From contig CAVRCF010000002.1 of the NCBI GenBank assembly GCA_963719505.1, positions 288,001 through 352,000 of the forward strand: a stretch of 64,000 nucleotides of DNA, given 5' to 3'. Made by a program: the position numbers and the translations under genes. Shown one piece after another: positions 29,391 through 38,813 of the stretch. The DNA is from Halobacteriovoraceae bacterium. GTDB lineage: Bacteria > Bdellovibrionota > Bacteriovoracia > Bacteriovoracales > Bacteriovoracaceae. The notes under the pieces are model-generated. The model was not told the DNA's origin. It made no database searches and saw nothing but the letters and a program-made list of their open reading frames with translations. Each line of letters starts with the position of its first letter. The first letter of the stretch is position 1.

Positions 29391-29660
29391 ATGAGTAATA
29401 AAATATATGTAGGTAATTTATCTTTTAATGTCTTAGACGAAGTTCTATCAGAGATGTTTGCAAAATTTGGAACTGTTTCATCGTGTAAAATTATTACCGA
29501 TAGAGACAGCGGAAGAAGCAAAGGTTTTGGTTTTGTTGAGATGGCTACAGCTGCCGAAGCTCAAGAAGCTATTTCAAATCTTGATGGAAATGGTTTAGAT
29601 GGAAGAAACCTAAAAGTGAATGAAGCTAAACCACAAGAAAAAAGAGAGAGTAACTGGTAG
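29391..29660 (+). CDS. RRM (RNP-1) RNA-binding protein
   Basis: RNP2 IYVGNL, RNP1 KGFGFVEM; SD AAGGAG. Confidence 0.95.
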   Translation: MSNKIYVGNLSFNVLDEVLSEMFAKFGTVSSCKIITDRDSGRSKGFGFVEMATAAEAQEAISNLDGNGLDGRNLKVNEAKPQEKRESNW

Positions 29661-29692
29661 TCAATAGACTTTTCAGGTTACTGAGAGGAAAT

Positions 29693-29758
29693 GTCTCTTG
29701 AGTCTTTTACCGTGATCGGGAATAGATGATCCTTGAGAGAAAGAGAGACTTTTTTTTT
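29693..29758 (+). terminator. Terminator/attenuator-like structure between the RRM and csp genes
   Basis: GTCTCT...AGAGAC outer stem followed by a long T run. Confidence 0.45.
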
Positions 29759-29841
29759 AACAAAAACAAATAAACTAAAAATATATCTCGCTCGTTTTAG
29801 TGAGATTCAAGTTGCCTTAAGAAAAGGCCAAAGGAATAAAT

Positions 29842-30036
29842 ATGCAAAATGGAACAGTTAAGTTTTTTAATGATGAGAAAGGATTTGGATTTATTACACC
29901 TGATAACGGAGGAGCTGATCTTTTTGTTCACGTTTCTGCGATTTCAAGAGGAACACTAAGTAGTGATGATAAAGTTTCTTTTGAAACAAGTGAAGGTCAA
30001 AAAGGACCTTGTGCTACAGACGTTCAAGTTCTTTAG
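29842..30036 (+). CDS. cspA: Cold-shock protein
   Basis: GTVKFFN..KGFGFI.P..G..DLFVH.SAI. Confidence 0.95.
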   Translation: MQNGTVKFFNDEKGFGFITPDNGGADLFVHVSAISRGTLSSDDKVSFETSEGQKGPCATDVQVL

Positions 30037-30048
30037 TCCAATCCACTA

Positions 30049-30100
30049 AATTTCAAGGTAGATATTATAGGAATAACTATTAATGGCTACCTTTGAAATT
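30049..30100. terminator. Long inverted repeat between convergent genes
   Basis: AATTTCAAGGTAG ... CTACCTTTGAAATT (13-bp stem, one bulge). Confidence 0.55.
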
Positions 30101-30153
30101 TCACTTCTTTTGTGTTTCCGGAGTGAGACTCAAATGAACAAAACTACAATTTC

Positions 30154-30486
30154 TTAAATATCTCTACAAGCCTCACCATTTTTCCATTCAACAACATAGT
30201 CCGGTGTCGTGCAACTTGAAATAAAGTATAGACCTTGACTATCTTTTTGCATTTCTATTGTTGCGTAGTAATGATCAGATGCATCTGTGTAAGAGATACT
30301 GGCAACTTGAATTATGTCATTGATAGCACTTTTGAAATGCACTTGGACATGTTGTGAGTCAACATTAATAGCTTGATTGTCACTTGAGAAGACCACCGAG
30401 CCAAAGTCTTTGGCCATATCTATTAAACCAGTATTAGCAAATGATGATAGCGAGCAAAGCATAAAAATAAGTGCAATTGTTTTCAT
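30154..30486 (-). CDS. Small secreted hypothetical protein
   Basis: Signal peptide ending SFA, SD GGAG, two C-terminal Cys. Confidence 0.65.
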   Translation of the reverse strand: MKTIALIFMLCSLSSFANTGLIDMAKDFGSVVFSSDNQAINVDSQHVQVHFKSAINDIIQVASISYTDASDHYYATIEMQKDSQGLYFISSCTTPDYVVEWKNGEACRDI

Positions 30487-30615
30487 AAAAAAATCTCCAG
30501 TGCTGAAATATTAATGGATATCTAAAAATTCTGATAGGAGCGTTGAAACTTTTACCTGTTTGGATAGTTTAAGTTTTTGAAATAAATAGGCTTTTCAATA
30601 AAATGAGAGCTTAAA

Positions 30616-30644
30616 TTGCTAATAATACGAAATTAAGGTAGATT
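30616..30644 (+). promoter_or_regulatory. sigma70 promoter of the czc operon
   Basis: TTGCTA-N17-TAGATT, 8 nt before ATG 30653. Confidence 0.5.
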
Positions 30645-30652
30645 TTAAGTAT

Positions 30653-30970
30653 ATGAAAATCGTTGTTACCGTTTTGCTCATATTTACAATCTTTAGTGAT
30701 TTCACTTCATCTTCTTTTTTTGAGGAAGATTTAGGGCTTTGCGAGTCGAAATGTATAGGTTCAGATTCCCACACACAAAATGATGAGCACGGTCACTCTG
30801 AAGGCGATGAACACCATTGTCATCAAGGTCACACCCACACTTCCATTTTTGAGAAGGCACTTATAGTGACCTTCCATTATAAAAACGAATTCACCCTCTC
30901 ATTTCTGGCTTTTCAAGTTGGAAACCCAAATAAATACCTCCACGATATTGTTCGACCTCCTATTGCTTAA
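30653..30970 (+). CDS. His/Cys-rich leader protein ending in RPP (CzcI/DUF2946-like)
   Basis: N-terminal hydrophobic segment, CESKC, HGHSEGDEHHCHQGHTH, C-terminal IVRPPIA; first gene of the metal efflux operon. Confidence 0.7.
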   Translation: MKIVVTVLLIFTIFSDFTSSSFFEEDLGLCESKCIGSDSHTQNDEHGHSEGDEHHCHQGHTHTSIFEKALIVTFHYKNEFTLSFLAFQVGNPNKYLHDIVRPPIA

Positions 30971-31017
30971 TTAACTGAGTTTTCTAAAGTTTAATTAAAA
31001 AATATTGAGGATCAAAT

Positions 31018-32238
31018 ATGAACAGCAAACTAGTGATAGTTCTGTTTCTTATTAGCTTTTTGAGTATGGCTCAAGAAGACTGTGAGATTAGTACCATCAA
31101 AAATTTTTACCATAGGGTCAAAGCCAAAGGGCCTCTACTGACCCAAGCTTATAAAAGAAAAGAGCAGATCTCTTCTGCGGTAGATTTGGCAAAACAGAGA
31201 CCAAATCCAGAAATGGATATTCAGTATCTCCGAGGTGAACAATTTGGCCAAAACATAAATACTTACTCCCTTACGGCAAAGCATGTTATTGAACTTGGAT
31301 CTAAAAGAGACAAAAGAATCGAGAAGGCTAAAAGTTATAAAAAATTGAAAGATTCTGAAATTGACCTTTCTCTTTTTGAGTCAAACCTTAAAGCCACAAT
31401 TGGATATCAAAGAGTCGCTCAGCTAAATCAGACCATTTATACTGTCAAAGAGGCAATTCAAACCTTTGATAATATAATAAAAAAATTAACATCTCGAAAA
31501 CGACTGAATCCCGAAGAAACTGTCTCTCTGTCGACTTTGAAACTTGCATCTAATCATTACAGTGCTCAACTTAACGATTTAGAAAATGAGAGAACTATTC
31601 TGCTTGGTAAGATTTCTTTTTTATCTCACTGCAAAGGACTTGATGTTAATTATGAATATATTAATTATAACAAGATTCAATTTCAGAAAAATAGTTTAAA
31701 AAATGTTGGATTAAAAAAACTTGAGGATCTCAAGGTTGATGTTGAAAGGGGCGAACTCGCTATTCAAGATTCAATTGGATATTCGAATCTTTCCATCGGC
31801 CCATCTTTTCAATACCAAGGACAAGATGGAGATGCATCCCTTGCAGCTGGTGTTGCATTGTCTTTCTCTCTCCCTCTCTTTCAAACAAACGATGGTGGGA
31901 AACTCAGTGCTTTGAAAGGGCTTGCTTCTCAGAAAACAGAAACTAGAAATAGAAAAGAGTTGCTCGAAATAGAAAGAGGGAACCTCATAGAGAAATTCAA
32001 TAGGTCCTTAGGAATTCTTTCGAAAATGCCAAACTTAGCTAGTTTAGAAAGAGATCATAAGAAGGTCGAAAAACTTTTTGCCAGAGGCGTTGTTTCAATA
32101 TCAATGACAATTGAATCCCATAGACAGCAGATTGAGTTTTTAAAATCAAGGTTTGAAACTGAGAATGATGTTTTGGATACTTATGGAAAAATAATATTAA
32201 TAGATGGAAACATATCCGCTTTTGAGCAGTTGTTGTAA
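31018..32238 (+). CDS. czcC: TolC-family outer-membrane factor (CzcC-like)
   Basis: AKQRPNP, IELGSKR..RI, SLPLF..N.G; operon context. Confidence 0.8.
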   Translation: MNSKLVIVLFLISFLSMAQEDCEISTIKNFYHRVKAKGPLLTQAYKRKEQISSAVDLAKQRPNPEMDIQYLRGEQFGQNINTYSLTAKHVIELGSKRDKRIEKAKSYKKLKDSEIDLSLFESNLKATIGYQRVAQLNQTIYTVKEAIQTFDNIIKKLTSRKRLNPEETVSLSTLKLASNHYSAQLNDLENERTILLGKISFLSHCKGLDVNYEYINYNKIQFQKNSLKNVGLKKLEDLKVDVERGELAIQDSIGYSNLSIGPSFQYQGQDGDASLAAGVALSFSLPLFQTNDGGKLSALKGLASQKTETRNRKELLEIERGNLIEKFNRSLGILSKMPNLASLERDHKKVEKLFARGVVSISMTIESHRQQIEFLKSRFETENDVLDTYGKIILIDGNISAFEQLL

Positions 32239-32249
32239 AAGGAATAAAA

Positions 32250-32738
32250 ATGAAACTAATCTGTAGCTTTTTAGTTTGTCTGTTTTATTCAAACTTTATT
32301 TATGCAAAAGAAAATAAGCATATGAATTCGAATAATATTGAAAAACACGATGACCACGGAAAACACGATGATCATGGCGGTGGAAAGTCCATCGGAAAGG
32401 GAAAAGCAATTGAGGCTGTTGATGAAGTTCTTGGATTTCGACTCTCAAAAGAAGCAATTGCAACTCTTGATATCAAACTAGAGGCAATTTCAGCTAAAGA
32501 TCTCTCTATTCATAAAGAGACGCTTGTCACATTTAAATCAGTTAAAGGGATTTATCGGTTTAGGGATGGATATTTCAAGTTCTTGCAAGTAGCCCTTGTT
32601 AAGAAAACTGGAGGGCGATTTCTGATAAGTATTCCAGATTTCGAATTTGGAGATCAAATTGTTACAAGTGGTGTTGATCTTTTAAGAATCTCAGACGTCT
32701 ATTCAACAGATGAAACTGAATACGGACACTCTCATTAG
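32250..32738 (+). CDS. Truncated CzcB-like periplasmic adaptor, His-rich
   Basis: Signal peptide, (KHDDHG)x2, C-terminal GDQIVTSGV.LL like MFP C-termini, ends GHSH; lies between czcC and czcA. Confidence 0.65.
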   Translation: MKLICSFLVCLFYSNFIYAKENKHMNSNNIEKHDDHGKHDDHGGGKSIGKGKAIEAVDEVLGFRLSKEAIATLDIKLEAISAKDLSIHKETLVTFKSVKGIYRFRDGYFKFLQVALVKKTGGRFLISIPDFEFGDQIVTSGVDLLRISDVYSTDETEYGHSH

Positions 32739-32747
32739 GATTTTAAA

Positions 32748-35700
32748 ATGATAAATAAAGTAATAGAATTCTCAGTTAAAAGTAGGATGTTTGTTTTTAT
32801 AATGACACTGCTACTTATTGTTTTAGGATATCAATCTTTTCAAACACTCTCTATTGATGCGGTACCTGATATCACAAACACTCAGGTACAGATCAATACC
32901 CCAGTCAAAGGACTTGTTCCAGAAGAGATAGAGCGAATGGTGACATTCCCTATCGAATACTCAATGAATGGTATTCCTGGTGTTTTAACGATTCGGTCTA
33001 TTTCAAGGTTTGGTATTTCTCAAGTGACGATTATTTTTAAAGAGGATATTGCAATCCTTACTGCTCGCCAGCTTGTCAGTGAAAAACTGCAAAACCTCGA
33101 ACTTCCTCGGGGTGTGACTCCTGAGATGGGACCTATTAGCACTGGACTTGGCGAGATTTTTCATTACTCAATTTCAGCAAAAAAGGTAGAAGTCGATCCC
33201 GATAAACGATTAGTTCAGTTGATGGAGCTTAGGTCCTTACAAGACTGGTTTATAAAGCCAAGACTTCTTACGGTGAAAGGTGTAACAGAAGTCAACACTA
33301 TCGGTGGCTACGAAAAACAGTTCTTTATTCAACCAAATATTAAAAAAATGACTAATTTGGGGGTTCATTTCGATGACATAGAAAATGCTATAGAACAAAC
33401 TAATTTGAATGTTGGAGGCGGATATATACAGCAAACCGGTGAGCAACTCCTCATTCGAGGGGTAGGGCTATTAAAGAACTTTAGTGATATTGAAAATGTC
33501 GTTGTCAAAAGGCTTTCGGATTATAAAGTTATAAAAATCAAAGATATCGCTAAGGTAAAATTCGATAAGCAAATAAGAACTGGAGCCGCAACTGTAAATG
33601 GCGAGGAAAGTATTATAGGTACAGCCTTTATGCTTTTGGGTGAAAATAGTCGTACCGTTTCAAATGACGTTAACGAAAAACTAAAAGAGATTGGAAAGGA
33701 CTTGCCCTCTTGGGTTGAACTTAATGTTCTTTATAATCGATCTGATATGGTTGATGCTACTTTAGGAACAGTTCAACACAATCTTTTTATGGGAGCAGGT
33801 CTGGTTATTCTATTTCTACTCTTACTTGTTGGAAATCTTAGGGCTGCCATCATAACGTCGATTATAATACCAATTTCACTTCTGATAACATTCATTTTGA
33901 TGAAGTGGCAAAACGTATCAGGTAACCTTATGAGTCTAGGCGCTTTGGACTTTGGGATCATTGTTGATGGAGCTGTTATTGTTATTGAGAACTGTGTTCA
34001 TAAACTACAAAAAGAAGGCAAGCGAGCGGGAAGAGAATTAACAAGGCATGAGGTTAAAAAATATGTTACTGAAGCGGCAATTGAGATTCGATCTGCTGCA
34101 GGCTTTGGTGAACTTATTGTTATTATCGTTTTTGTTCCCCTCTTCGCTCTCACAGGTGTAGAAGGGAAAATGTTCGGACCTATGGCCCAGACATTTATTA
34201 TGGCTTTATGTTCAGCTCTTATCCTTTCTTTTACTCTCGTACCTGCTTTAGCTGCTACTTTTTTGAGTGGGAAGACAAGAGATAAAAAACCATATTTTAT
34301 GAATTTAGCACAGAAAGTCTTTTCTCCAGTTTTGGCAAAAGCCTTGGCCTTCAAAAGGGTTGTTTTAGGAATTGGCGTTGCTTCTATCATTGGTGGAGTC
34401 GTTCTTTTTTGTCAAATGGGATCTGAGTTTATTCCGCAATTAGATGAAGGAGATTTTGCCCTTCAATTCATAAGACCAGCTAATGTGAGCACTGAAAATT
34501 CTGTTAAGCTACAAAAGCTCTCGGAGAAAATTATCAGAGAATTTCCTCAAGTAAAAAATGTGTTTGCCAGAACTGGTGCCGCAGAGGTCGCAACAGATCC
34601 CATGGGAGTTAATATTTCAGACTCTTATGTTATGTTGTTCCCAAAAAAGAATTGGCCGGTTGATGAAAGAATCAAAACAAAAAAAGACTTAATAAAAGCT
34701 ATAAAAGAACGGATAGAGCTTCATGTTCCAGCACAAGTGCTTATGGTATCCCAACCTGTAGAACTTCGATTTAACGAACTTTTAGAGGGGACACGTGCCG
34801 ATGTATCCGTAAAAATATTTGGAGATGATCTGGATCAAATAATAGCCTACTCTAAACAAGTTGCAAATATTGTCGCTCAGATAGATGGAGCTGGAGAAGT
34901 TGAGTCAGAGTCTAAAGGTAAGTCTCCATTGCTTCAGTATACTCCAAAAATTGAAGAACTAGCTCAACTTGGTGTTACCGCAAGACCTGTCTTGGATGCT
35001 ATTAGTACGGCTATTGGGGGAAAAGAGATAGGGCATGTTTATGATGGTGTAAGAAGTTTTCCTATTGTCACAAGGCTATCTGAAGAAGAGAGAAAAGATG
35101 TCTTTACTATTAGTAAACTGCCAGTCGGAATTTCAAATGGATACACTGTTCCTATTGAACAAGTTGCTGACATAAGCTTTGTTGAAACCTTCACTGCGGT
35201 TGCTAGAGAAAATTCACAAAGACGAGTTGCCGTTTTAATAAATCCTGAAACAAGAGATATTGAGTCATTCGTCAACAAAGCAAAAGAGAAAGTTGAAAGC
35301 ACAATTAAGTTTCCTGAAGGTTATTATATTGAGTGGGGTGGAAGTTTTAAAAATCTTCAAAGTGCAAAAGAGAGATTATTTATCCTTGTGCCACTTGCTA
35401 TGCTTGTGATCATTGGGATGCTTTATGCTGCTTTCAAAAACTTTGCACAAGTCTTACTTATTTTTGCTTGTGCTCCTATGGCATTAATTGGAGGCGTCGT
35501 CTCTTTAAATCTTTTTGATATGCCATTTAGTATTTCTGCTGGAGTTGGGTTTATTGCTCTTTCCGGTATTAGTATTTTAAATGGGGTCGTACTCGTGACC
35601 TATTTTAACAGACTGATTGGAGATGGTAAGTCTCCAGATGATGTTGTTAAGGAGGGCGCCATGTCAAGATTAAGACCAGTTCTTATGACAGCACTCACGG

Positions 35701-35885
35701 ATATATTTGGTTTTCTTCCCATGATGTTTTCTTCAGGACTTGGTGCTGAGGTTCAAAAGCCTCTGGCAACGGTAGTTGTTGGTGGTATCTTTACCGCAAC
35801 AATTCTGACTTTAATTGTTATACCTAGTTTATATCGATTATTTATAAAATATATGCAACCTGATCTTGAGGAGATTAAAGAATGA
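32748..35885 (+). CDS. czcA: CzcA/CusA heavy-metal RND permease
   Basis: IDAVPDITNTQVQI, GPISTGLGEI, NLMSLGALDFGIIVDGAVIVIEN, RLRPVLMTA, GAEVQKPLATVV. Confidence 0.95.
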   Translation: MINKVIEFSVKSRMFVFIMTLLLIVLGYQSFQTLSIDAVPDITNTQVQINTPVKGLVPEEIERMVTFPIEYSMNGIPGVLTIRSISRFGISQVTIIFKEDIAILTARQLVSEKLQNLELPRGVTPEMGPISTGLGEIFHYSISAKKVEVDPDKRLVQLMELRSLQDWFIKPRLLTVKGVTEVNTIGGYEKQFFIQPNIKKMTNLGVHFDDIENAIEQTNLNVGGGYIQQTGEQLLIRGVGLLKNFSDIENVVVKRLSDYKVIKIKDIAKVKFDKQIRTGAATVNGEESIIGTAFMLLGENSRTVSNDVNEKLKEIGKDLPSWVELNVLYNRSDMVDATLGTVQHNLFMGAGLVILFLLLLVGNLRAAIITSIIIPISLLITFILMKWQNVSGNLMSLGALDFGIIVDGAVIVIENCVHKLQKEGKRAGRELTRHEVKKYVTEAAIEIRSAAGFGELIVIIVFVPLFALTGVEGKMFGPMAQTFIMALCSALILSFTLVPALAATFLSGKTRDKKPYFMNLAQKVFSPVLAKALAFKRVVLGIGVASIIGGVVLFCQMGSEFIPQLDEGDFALQFIRPANVSTENSVKLQKLSEKIIREFPQVKNVFARTGAAEVATDPMGVNISDSYVMLFPKKNWPVDERIKTKKDLIKAIKERIELHVPAQVLMVSQPVELRFNELLEGTRADVSVKIFGDDLDQIIAYSKQVANIVAQIDGAGEVESESKGKSPLLQYTPKIEELAQLGVTARPVLDAISTAIGGKEIGHVYDGVRSFPIVTRLSEEERKDVFTISKLPVGISNGYTVPIEQVADISFVETFTAVARENSQRRVAVLINPETRDIESFVNKAKEKVESTIKFPEGYYIEWGGSFKNLQSAKERLFILVPLAMLVIIGMLYAAFKNFAQVLLIFACAPMALIGGVVSLNLFDMPFSISAGVGFIALSGISILNGVVLVTYFNRLIGDGKSPDDVVKEGAMSRLRPVLMTALTDIFGFLPMMFSSGLGAEVQKPLATVVVGGIFTATILTLIVIPSLYRLFIKYMQPDLEEIKE

Positions 35886-36211
35886 AAAACTTAGTATTAT
35901 TAATAGTTGGTATAATCTTAGGTGTCTCCTGCGCTCATCACCATAAAGAAGGAGCGCATCATCACCACAAGGCTTGCAAAGAAAGTTGTAAAGTGAACCA
36001 TGCAAAGGTTGATATGTTTAGTCGGTATTGCGCCCAGTCTATTTTAGAGGGGAAGTTGCACGTCAAAGGTGAGGAAGAGCTAAGTCTTAAACACGGAGGG
36101 CAAATCTATTATTTTTCAACTGAAGAAAAACGAGATAAATTTAAGGAAAACTTAGAATTGAATGCTATAAATGCTACAAAAATTTGGCATGAGGGCTCAG
36201 CGAGAAGGTAA
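35882..36211 (+). CDS. His-rich lipoprotein with YHS-like domain
   Basis: Lipobox GVSC, HHHKEGAHHHH, HGGQIYYFS.E..RDKF..N. Confidence 0.65.
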   Translation: MKNLVLLIVGIILGVSCAHHHKEGAHHHHKACKESCKVNHAKVDMFSRYCAQSILEGKLHVKGEEELSLKHGGQIYYFSTEEKRDKFKENLELNAINATKIWHEGSARR

Positions 36212-36214
36212 AAA

Positions 36215-37090
36215 ATGGGACATGACCATTCACATCATCATCATCAAGATTCAAAAAATATACTGGTGGCTTTTGCTTTAAATGCCACATTTTCAATTAT
36301 TGAATTGATTGGTGGATATTTAACCAATAGTGTCGCGATATATTCTGACGCTCTTCATGATTTTGGAGACAGTCTCTCTCTTTTGTTCGCATACTTTGCT
36401 GAAAAAATGAGTCATAAAAAGCCTGATGACAAATACACTTTCGGATATAGAAGGTTCTCTATTCTTTCAGCGCTTATTAATGGGATCATTTTGTTGGGTG
36501 GAAGTATCTTTGTCATTGTGGAAGCCGTTCAAAGAGTGATGAGTCCGGAGGTTGTGAAACCAGAAGGAATGCTCTGGTTGGCCATTCTTGGTATTGCCGT
36601 CAATGCCATTGCTGCTTATAGAATGTCAAAAAATACAGGGCTTAATACCAGAATGGTAATGTTACATCTTCTTGAAGACCTTTATGGATGGGTCGCGGTA
36701 CTTGGAGTTAGTATTGTTATCATGTATAAGCCATGGTATTTTTTAGACTCTCTTTTATCCATTTTTATCTCAGTTTTTATACTTCGTGGAGTCTATAAAA
36801 ATTTGATAAAGGTTGGAACAATTCTTTTGCAAAGATTCCCTGATGAAATAAAACTTGAATCTATTTTAGAGGAGATCTCACAATTTGAACTTGTTAATGA
36901 TATCCACGCCGTCAAGGGCTGGTCATTAGACAATGAAACGTTCTACCTACGATTTCATGTAAAGGTTCCAGACGATACTGTTATCGGTGTTCTCGATGAT
37001 CTAAAATTGAAAATCAAAAAGGTTTTAGTCTTTCATAGCGTGACGTTTTCAACAATTGAATTTGAAGCCGAGCACTGTGATCTGAAGTAG
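36215..37090 (+). CDS. czcD: Cation diffusion facilitator (CzcD/ZitB-like)
   Basis: His-rich N-terminus, SDALHD, YTFGY.R, HLLED. Confidence 0.9.
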   Translation: MGHDHSHHHHQDSKNILVAFALNATFSIIELIGGYLTNSVAIYSDALHDFGDSLSLLFAYFAEKMSHKKPDDKYTFGYRRFSILSALINGIILLGGSIFVIVEAVQRVMSPEVVKPEGMLWLAILGIAVNAIAAYRMSKNTGLNTRMVMLHLLEDLYGWVAVLGVSIVIMYKPWYFLDSLLSIFISVFILRGVYKNLIKVGTILLQRFPDEIKLESILEEISQFELVNDIHAVKGWSLDNETFYLRFHVKVPDDTVIGVLDDLKLKIKKVLVFHSVTFSTIEFEAEHCDLK

Positions 37091-37177
37091 AAGGCTTATC
37101 CCTATTTACGAAATTTAGATTTTTAATCTCTTCATAAATTGTTCCTTCTGGGATAAAGTTTAAAGCTAGGAGCAAAC

Positions 37178-37714
37178 ATGAAAAGACTAACACTTATCAA
37201 GATCCATCTTTATTTTTCAGGCATAACTCTTATTTTTTTAGCACTAATGGCTCTTTCAGGTTCTCTGCATTTACTAACTGGTGATGAGTCTGAGGCGGTA
37301 AAGTGGATTAAGACGACCAAAGTTTCATCTCCTTTTGATAAGGAGGCTTTAACCAAATTATTTGAGTCCGAGTTAAAAAATATTGATTCTGAGTATCGCT
37401 ATGATTATATTAAGGGGTCTAGTTCTTCCCAAACGAGTCGTCCGACAACCAGAAAGTATTACACAATAGATTTAAAAGACTCTACCGCAATTATCAAAGA
37501 GCATAGTCCTTCTCTAAATAAACGTTTAATGGAACTTCATAAAGGCCATGGACCACGCTCCTCTAGGAATGTCCTTGGTGTTTTGGGAATCTTTGTCATC
37601 GGTGCAGTTCTAAGTGGACTTTGGTTAGGTCTAAGTTCAAAGGCTTTTAGGAAAGTAACCTTGGCGACGATGTTAAGTGGGGCATTCGTTTACCTTTTGT
37701 TGTTTTATCTCTGA
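37178..37714 (+). CDS. PepSY-associated TM-helix membrane protein
   Basis: KIHLY....ALSG and LMELHKG...LSGLWL motifs. Confidence 0.7.
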   Translation: MKRLTLIKIHLYFSGITLIFLALMALSGSLHLLTGDESEAVKWIKTTKVSSPFDKEALTKLFESELKNIDSEYRYDYIKGSSSSQTSRPTTRKYYTIDLKDSTAIIKEHSPSLNKRLMELHKGHGPRSSRNVLGVLGIFVIGAVLSGLWLGLSSKAFRKVTLATMLSGAFVYLLLFYL

Positions 37715-38121
37715 TGAGTATGATTGTTTATAAAAACGAGCTTTCTAAAACTGATCTCATTGATGGTTTTTTCGTCGGGTGGCCTAATCCTCCGTCTGTG
37801 GAGATCTTCCAAAAAATTTTAGCCGGTAGTTATCACTATATTTTGGCGCTTGATGAAGATCGGGTCGTGGGGTTTATCACAGCTGTCTCTGATGGTGTTC
37901 TAAGTGCTTATATTCCACTTTTAGAGGTGCTCCCAGCATATCAATCCCAAGGAATAGGCAGAGAACTTTTCAGGAGAATGAAAGTACAGCTTGATCATCT
38001 CTATATGATCGATCTTCTTTGCGATCCAGATCTTATTTCATATTATGAGAAATTAGGAATGACAAAAGCCTTCGGTGTCATGGTGAGAAACTATGATCGA
38101 CAAAATGGAGAGGCATATTGA
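37714..38121 (+). CDS. GNAT acetyltransferase
   Basis: LEVLPAYQSQGIG.EL, YYEKLG. Confidence 0.88.
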   Translation: MSMIVYKNELSKTDLIDGFFVGWPNPPSVEIFQKILAGSYHYILALDEDRVVGFITAVSDGVLSAYIPLLEVLPAYQSQGIGRELFRRMKVQLDHLYMIDLLCDPDLISYYEKLGMTKAFGVMVRNYDRQNGEAY

Positions 38122-38277
38122 GAATATATATCACTGGAGCTAGAGAAGACGCAACACCAGCTCTTAGTCTATCACTTTGCAAAAAATGAAATAATTTTTT
38201 CACTTGTCGTAACAAAAGATTGAAAAATTGAAAAGCCCCTCGGTAGAGAAGCTACTCACAAAGATATTTTAATGTTT

Positions 38278-38715
38278 TTAAAGCTGTAAGTCTTCAGTTG
38301 ACCACTGGTTCTCTTTAAACTTAATATACGACAGTCTTAGCTTTAAAGATTTTTGAACCGTTGTAAGAAGAGTGATTCCACTTTTTAGAACATCAGTGAT
38401 TTTCTGATTGTGTTTATATTTTTTCATACTGTGAGAGATGTACTCAATCGTTCTATGAGTATTTAAGTAAACCAGTTCTATATTCTTTTTGCTTTTGTTT
38501 AGATTTTTAAGCAAGTTTTTTCTCTTTTTTCTATCAGCATCACCCAGTTTGAAACCTTTTGTTGTATTTTCTTTAATCATATCTTTAAAAAGGACTTTCG
38601 TTCTAACCATTTTTGCTATTTCAGACATAAATTTAACATCTGAAGTTGCAGTCGTATCTTTTGCATACGAGTAATTACATAAAAGTGTGAAAAGAAGTAA
38701 AAAAGTGAATTTCAT
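38278..38715 (-). CDS. Basic secreted hypothetical protein
   Basis: Signal peptide ending SYA; helical, Lys-rich. Confidence 0.6.
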   Translation of the reverse strand: MKFTFLLLFTLLCNYSYAKDTTATSDVKFMSEIAKMVRTKVLFKDMIKENTTKGFKLGDADRKKRKNLLKNLNKSKKNIELVYLNTHRTIEYISHSMKKYKHNQKITDVLKSGITLLTTVQKSLKLRLSYIKFKENQWSTEDLQL

Positions 38716-38813
38716 TGAGAATCCTTTACAGTGTCTAATCTTTCAACATTTTTATTGTTTAAAGTGCTGAAAATTCATTATGTTTTTGTTAGAGGTCTTG
38801 TCAGGGTGTGTTC

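Noticed and set aside
32341-32378. Short tandem DNA repeat
   Set aside because: It simply encodes KHDDHG twice in the His-rich linker.
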